From the NCBI GenBank assembly GCA_964247135.1, contig CAXTTL010000166.1:1-10912 (forward strand): a stretch of 10,912 nt of DNA. The letters are read 5' to 3'. Positions 6,865 to 10,912 of the stretch are shown in pieces. This DNA is from an uncultured Deinococcales bacterium. GTDB taxonomy: Bacteria > Deinococcota > Deinococci > Deinococcales > JAAFIG01. A program made the translations under genes and the position numbers. The notes beneath the pieces are model-generated. The model was not told the origin of the DNA and did not search any database. It was given only the letters and a program-made list of their open reading frames with translations. Position 1 is the stretch's first letter, and each line of letters opens with the position of its first letter.

Positions 6865-8102
6865 GTTTTGACCTGATCTGTGAGCTGCCGCCAGAGTTGC
6901 CCGAGCGCGTTTAACGCCGCACGTTCTTTGATCGTGCGCCGATCTCCCGCCGTGGGCAGTGCGTAAGCCTCAGCGCCGTCTGGTCCTGCAACGCCGACAA
7001 ACAAAGTGCCGACGGGCTTGCCCTCGCTGGCGTCTGGACCTGCGACGCCTGTGGTGCTGACGCCCCAAGTTGTACCGAATTGCGTTTTGGCAGCAATCGC
7101 CATCTCGAGCGCCGTTTCGCTGCTGACTGCGCCGTGTGCGGCAATCGTTTCGGCTTTGACACCCATTTTGATTTTCGCCTCGTTCGAGTAGGTGATGGCG
7201 CCGCCCTGAACGTAACGGCTCGAGCCTGAAACGTTGGTCAGTTCGTCCGCCAATAAGCCACCCGTTAGACTCTCGAGCGTGGCGATGGTTTCACCGCGTT
7301 TGACCAGCAATTGCCCGACAATTGCCGCCAGGCTTTCGTCGTCGTAACCGTAAATATGCCCCTCGAGTGCCGCTTGAACTTTTGCCTCAATCGGTTGCGC
7401 CAAAGTTTTGGCTTCCTCCAGCGTCGCGGCGCTGGCGGCAACGCGCACGTGAACGCCGTCGCGCCGCGCATAGGTGGCAACGCTTGGGTTGGCGCTTTGC
7501 GTCAGGTCGGCAAGACGTTCGGCAATGTGGCTTTCGCCGATGGCAAAGGTGCGAAACGTGCGGTGGTAAAAGCCGCTCGAGGGCAGGTTCAGGCGCGGCA
7601 GGACTTGCTCCGCCCACATGCGTTTCATCTCGCGGGGCGGTCCAGGCATGGCGACAATCACGGTGCTCGAGTTTGGAAGGCGCACAAACCAACCAGGCGC
7701 CGTGCCGACGGGATTCTCGAGTGCCTCACCTGAAGGAATAATCCAAGCCTGTTTGTTGTTGCTCTCGGGGTAGCTGCGCCCACGAGCCGTAAAAAAGGCT
7801 TTGAGCTTCTCGAGGTAGACCTCATCGATGACTGGGGTTTCACCGACCACAGCCGCAATGCCTTCTCGGGTCAGGTCGTCGTCGGTCGGTCCGAGTCCTC
7901 CGCCCAGAATCACGATGTCTGAACGTTTGCTGGCTCGGGTGATGGCTTCGATAATGCGGTCGAGGTTGTCGCCGACAATGGTTTTCCATTGAATGAAGAC
8001 CCCGCGATTTTTGAGTTCTTGCGCGAGGTAGGCGGCGTTGGAGTCAACGATTTCGCCCATCAGGAGTTCGGTTCCAACCGAGATTAATTCTGCTAGTAAC
8101 AT
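6861..8102 (-). CDS. cinA: Competence/damage-inducible protein CinA (MoCF-like domain plus PncC NMN deamidase)
   Basis: VGTELLMG, VGDN, GGLGPTDDDLTRE, NPVGTAPG and PGPPREM. PncC domain motifs ESLTGG, YSNEAK, GAVS and STTGVAGP. Confidence 0.96.
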   Translation of the reverse strand: MLLAELISVGTELLMGEIVDSNAAYLAQELKNRGVFIQWKTIVGDNLDRIIEAITRASKRSDIVILGGGLGPTDDDLTREGIAAVVGETPVIDEVYLEKLKAFFTARGRSYPESNNKQAWIIPSGEALENPVGTAPGWFVRLPNSSTVIVAMPGPPREMKRMWAEQVLPRLNLPSSGFYHRTFRTFAIGESHIAERLADLTQSANPSVATYARRDGVHVRVAASAATLEEAKTLAQPIEAKVQAALEGHIYGYDDESLAAIVGQLLVKRGETIATLESLTGGLLADELTNVSGSSRYVQGGAITYSNEAKIKMGVKAETIAAHGAVSSETALEMAIAAKTQFGTTWGVSTTGVAGPDASEGKPVGTLFVGVAGPDGAEAYALPTAGDRRTIKERAALNALGQLWRQLTDQVKT

Positions 8103-8116
8103 AATTGCACCTCAAG

Positions 8117-8145
8117 AGTTTAGCATGGACAGAGCATATTGTGAA
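8117..8145 (-). promoter_or_regulatory. Sigma70-type promoter of the cinA operon: TTCACA-N17-TAAACT with extended -10 TG
   Basis: -35 at 8145-8140, -10 at 8122-8117, exact 17-nt spacer, TGn before the -10. Confidence 0.65.
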
Positions 8146-8152
8146 GGTCATT

Positions 8153-9091
8153 TTATCGCTTGAGGGATATAGAAGAGAAGTCAAGCCCGAGTTTCAAGCC
8201 CCCAGCTTCAAGATTCGTTTTCTCGAGCGCATCAATTCTCAACACCGCCAGCGCCGTAAATCCTGTCTCAAACGGCACAACATGCCCAAGTTGTCCAACT
8301 TCTCGTCCATCAGACATCACTGGCGTTCCAGTTTCCAGGTGCGTCTCAAGGTTCACCCGCGCCAAAGTCTTATTGCTGTGACCTCGAGCATCCAATCGCG
8401 CCATGATTTCCTGCCCAACGTAGCAACCCTTTTTAAAACTGACACCCTCCAAAAGCCCGCATTCCTGGGGCAGCATTCCCGTAAAACCGTCTGCGTGCGC
8501 GTTTGGGAATTTTGCATTTATTCGCAATTTCTCGAGGTCTGGAAACGGTAATAGATTTGCGCCTTTTTCCTCGAGCCATGCACAATAAGTCTCGAGATGA
8601 GCCGTTTCAATATGAATGTCATAACCCATTTCGTTACCGCGATTGTTATTTCCAACTAAGAAAACCCCATTAGATTTTTCATAAAATCCCATGATACATT
8701 CACAAACGTATAAATCTTGTTTTGAAGTATAAATTTTATCTGGATAAATATTACTATGAATAAATTCAATATTTTCTCCAGAAACATGTATAACAGAAAT
8801 ATATTTAGAAATGTCCTGAAGTTGTACGTCATCGAAAACGATCATTTTTTGAAGACGAGTTAGCAATGAACTCTCGAGTCCGCCAACAGTGTAAATGCAA
8901 ATATCTTCTTCTCTACGGTAAATTCGGACATCAAACTCAATCTGTCCTTTCACGTTCAAAATCAATGAACGTGCCACACCAGGAATAGGCAGCGCTTTTA
9001 TATTCTGCGAAACTTGTCCTTGGACAAAATCCAACCTGTCACTGCCAGTCACACGAATTGCGCCGCTTGGAATCTGGGTAAAAAAAGCCAT
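8153..9091 (-). CDS. ygfZ: YgfZ/GcvT-family folate-binding protein
   Basis: VTGSDRLDFVQGQ, LNVKGQI and the signature KGCYVGQE. Confidence 0.93.
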   Translation of the reverse strand: MAFFTQIPSGAIRVTGSDRLDFVQGQVSQNIKALPIPGVARSLILNVKGQIEFDVRIYRREEDICIYTVGGLESSLLTRLQKMIVFDDVQLQDISKYISVIHVSGENIEFIHSNIYPDKIYTSKQDLYVCECIMGFYEKSNGVFLVGNNNRGNEMGYDIHIETAHLETYCAWLEEKGANLLPFPDLEKLRINAKFPNAHADGFTGMLPQECGLLEGVSFKKGCYVGQEIMARLDARGHSNKTLARVNLETHLETGTPVMSDGREVGQLGHVVPFETGFTALAVLRIDALEKTNLEAGGLKLGLDFSSISLKR

Positions 9092-9097
9092 AACTCG

Positions 9098-9103
9098 AGT
9101 TTA
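9098..9103 (-). promoter_or_regulatory. -10 element TAAACT, leaderless start of ygfZ
   Basis: Minus strand reads TAAACT-CGAGTT-ATG, with no SD. Confidence 0.7.
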
Positions 9104-9168
9104 TTGCAGATGTTGGCTGACAATTGTAAACGGTGGCTCGAGACACAACTTTATGTTCAAGAAACCCC

Positions 9169-9174
9169 CACAAT
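9169..9174 (+). promoter_or_regulatory. -10 element CACAAT, leaderless start of the DUF427 gene
   Basis: CACAAT-GACGGC-ATG(9181), with no SD. Confidence 0.55.
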
Positions 9175-9180
9175 GACGGC

Positions 9181-9693
9181 ATGAACCGACCAGTGCCAAT
9201 CAAACCAGCCAAAGATCAAGAATCGGTTTGGGATTACCCGCGCCCACCGCGCCTCGAGCCGAGTTTAAAACGCATCGAAATCATTGCTGGGGGCGTCAAA
9301 ATCGTGGATTCGAGCCGCGCATTTCGGGTGCTCGAGACGAGTCATCCGCCCGTGTATTACATTCCGATCATTGACATCAAGGCAGAACACCTCGAGTTGG
9401 CGGGCGGTTCCTCTTTTTGCGAATGGAAGGGCGCTGCGAAATATTACAACCTTCGGGTTGGTCAGCCTTCGGTACTCGAGGCTGCCTGGTTTTATCCCGA
9501 CCCAAGCGAGCCTTTTTTGCCAATCAAAGACCATGTCGCGTTTTATGCCGCTCGGGTGGCGCTGCGGGGCGGTGATGGGTGTTTTGTGAATGGCGAACGG
9601 GTTGTGCCGCAACCAGGCAATTTTTACGGCGGTTGGATCACCAGCGACATTGTCGGACCGTTCAAAGGCGAGGCTGGCACTTGGGGCTGGTGA
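9181..9693 (+). CDS. DUF427 family protein
   Basis: ESVWDYPRPP, VLETSHPPVYYIP, SFCEWKG.A.Y, AAW.YP.P and FYGGWIT..IVGPFKG..GTWGW. ATG 9181 preferred over GTG 9133. Confidence 0.9.
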   Translation: MNRPVPIKPAKDQESVWDYPRPPRLEPSLKRIEIIAGGVKIVDSSRAFRVLETSHPPVYYIPIIDIKAEHLELAGGSSFCEWKGAAKYYNLRVGQPSVLEAAWFYPDPSEPFLPIKDHVAFYAARVALRGGDGCFVNGERVVPQPGNFYGGWITSDIVGPFKGEAGTWGW

Positions 9694-9716
9694 GCGCTGA
9701 TGAGCTTTGAGACATC

Positions 9717-9749
9717 AAAAAACCGTCAAGCAGTTCGCCTGACGGTTTT
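9717..9749. terminator. Bidirectional rho-independent terminator between the convergent DUF427 gene and rpsT
   Basis: AAAACCGTCA (9719-9728) / TGACGGTTTT (9740-9749), with T6 on the minus strand and T4 on the plus strand. Confidence 0.85.
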
Positions 9750-9762
9750 AAAATTCTAAGAT

Positions 9763-10089
9763 TTACGCAGCTTTGGCGGCGTTGACTTTGTTGATGGCTT
9801 TCATCAGACGGCTCTTTTTGCGGGCTGCGGCGCGTTTGTGCAAGGTGCTGCCTTTGGCGGCTTTGTCGATCAAGCTTTCGGCTTTGCGTCCCAAGGTCAC
9901 GGCGTCGGTGGCGGCTTCGGTGGCGGCGACCAAGGCTTTTTTGCTGAATGTTTTGATGGTGCTCTTCAACGCGCGGTTGACGGCGCGGTGCTTCAGGCTT
10001 TGACGGTGACGCTTTTCTTGGCTTTCGCCACGACGCTTGCTTTTCTCGGTTTTGCGTGCCTTGCGGTTCTTGGGTTTAACGTCTGCCAT
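9763..10089 (-). CDS. rpsT: 30S ribosomal protein bS20
   Basis: [10 protein letters not shown]...KSTIKT and [25 protein letters not shown], the Deinococcus/Thermus-type S20 pattern. Confidence 0.97.
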   Translation of the reverse strand: MADVKPKNRKARKTEKSKRRGESQEKRHRQSLKHRAVNRALKSTIKTFSKKALVAATEAATDAVTLGRKAESLIDKAAKGSTLHKRAAARKKSRLMKAINKVNAAKAA

Positions 10090-10223
10090 TTTTCTCTTCT
10101 CAACCCGTTTGGGTTTGCGGACAAAACTTTCTGCCCGAAGCGTCGGTTCAGTGTCCCTGAACCGCGCAATGCGTTTTCACGCACGTCGCATTCGCCAAAA
10201 TGCGGCTTCTCCCGTTTGGGAGC
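10090..10223 (-). promoter_or_regulatory. Structured 5' leader of rpsT (candidate cis-regulatory RNA)
   Basis: Five adjacent hairpins fill the region between the predicted TSS and the start codon. The first and last share CCC-AAAC-GGG. Confidence 0.5.
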
Positions 10224-10229
10224 TTTGGA

Positions 10230-10238
10230 ACTGTATCA
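10230..10238 (-). promoter_or_regulatory. Extended -10 promoter TGaTACAGT for rpsT
   Basis: TGn-TACAGT on the minus strand. The predicted TSS near 10223 coincides with the base of the first leader hairpin. Confidence 0.6.
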
Positions 10239-10263
10239 CAGCTTCTGGCTTTTGACCAGAGCC

Positions 10264-10911
10264 TTAACCTTTTTCGCGCTCGAGCCGTGCCAGCACGAGT
10301 TTCTCGAGGTTGCGAATCAGCTTGGTGTGCGGCATCGATTTTTCGCTTAAGGGTTTAACCAGCACACTGTACATGCCCGCCAGGTTCGCGCCGAGCACGT
10401 CGGTAAACATTTGATCGCCCACCATTGCGATCTGGTTGGCAGGCAGCCCCAGCTCTTGACGGGCGCGTCCAAAAGCCTGGGGAATCGGTTTTGCCGCCAT
10501 CCGCAAGCCGAGAATCCCAACATGGTCTAGATTGAACAATTCGCAAAATTCGAGGATTCGCTTCGGATGACCGTTTGAAACGATGCGGATTGGGATGTTG
10601 GCTTGGCGCAACGGTGCCAGCCACGCCCGAATTTGGGTTTCGTTGCCTGGCAGATGGGTTGGCGCCAGGGTGTTGTCAATATCGAGTGCCAAGCCTTTTA
10701 AGTCGCGGGCGGCTAACCATGCTGGCGTAATTTCAAAGGCGCTTTCGAGTTGAGTGCTTGGGGTCAGCAACTTTAACCAAGTTGGGGTTGCTCGAGCGGG
10801 CAACGATGTGATGTTTGGATTGGTGAGCGGGGCAGTAGCAGAAATTGCAGGCACATCCAACTCGCCCGAGATGATCCGTGCCAGATAACTCAAAATGTCG
10901 CGTTCAACGAT
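10264..10911 (-). CDS. YqeG-type HAD IIIA phosphatase, 5' end outside the window, with extra N-terminal region
   Basis: LALDIDNTL (DxD), IVSNG, AKP, MVGDQMFTDVLGANLAG and LVKPL. The frame is open upstream of TTG 10893 to the window edge (IVERDILSYLARIISGE). Confidence 0.88.
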   Translation of the reverse strand: MVERDILSYLARIISGELDVPAISATAPLTNPNITSLPARATPTWLKLLTPSTQLESAFEITPAWLAARDLKGLALDIDNTLAPTHLPGNETQIRAWLAPLRQANIPIRIVSNGHPKRILEFCELFNLDHVGILGLRMAAKPIPQAFGRARQELGLPANQIAMVGDQMFTDVLGANLAGMYSVLVKPLSEKSMPHTKLIRNLEKLVLARLEREKG

Positions 10912-10912
10912 T

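Larger units (their letters stand above)
85..10796. repeat. Dispersed highly iterated palindrome CTCGAG (about 90 copies)
   Basis: Manual count of about 90 sites (e.g. 85, 308, 599, 642, 661, 695, ..., 10279, 10303, 10791) against about 3 expected for a hexamer in 10.9 kb. Confidence 0.97.

Noticed and set aside
8600-8940. AT-rich ygfZ segment as an intein, IS or DGR variable region
   Set aside because: Protein length is normal; no intein termini, terminal repeats, template repeat or reverse transcriptase are visible in the window.
10090-10223. tRNA or tRNA-like gene in the rpsT upstream region
   Set aside because: No T-loop GTTCRA in the right context, no D-loop and no 7-bp acceptor stem or CCA end.
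85-10796. CTCGAG copies as a CRISPR array, tandem repeat or cloning scars
   Set aside because: Spacing is irregular, flanks are not conserved, and all ORFs remain intact through the sites.

Overview
A gene-dense chromosomal window, most likely from a Deinococcota bacterium. Evidence for that placement: cinA-ligT-recA gene order, Deinococcus/Thermus-like RecA and bS20, and leaderless promoters. GC is roughly 50-55% by eye. Plus strand: lspA, a CobB-type sirtuin, an RlaP/PF10127-like Pol-beta nucleotidyltransferase abutting an HD-domain CCA-type tRNA nucleotidyltransferase, and a DUF427 gene. Minus strand: a CPT-like P-loop kinase, recA, a 2H phosphoesterase (ligT/thpR), a GNAT, cinA, ygfZ, rpsT, and a YqeG-type HAD phosphatase whose frame runs off the window. 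The strongest signal is the palindrome CTCGAG, about 90 copies by manual count against about 3 expected. It occurs in all three codon frames, next to promoters, and twice in the recA terminator stem, like a HIP1- or uptake-sequence-type motif. Other candidates: a two-gene RNA/tRNA end-repair module, a structured rpsT leader with duplicated hairpins, a 24%-GC in-frame trough inside ygfZ, and an apparent E3-binding-domain/HAD fusion. All family calls come from motif recognition, not database searches.
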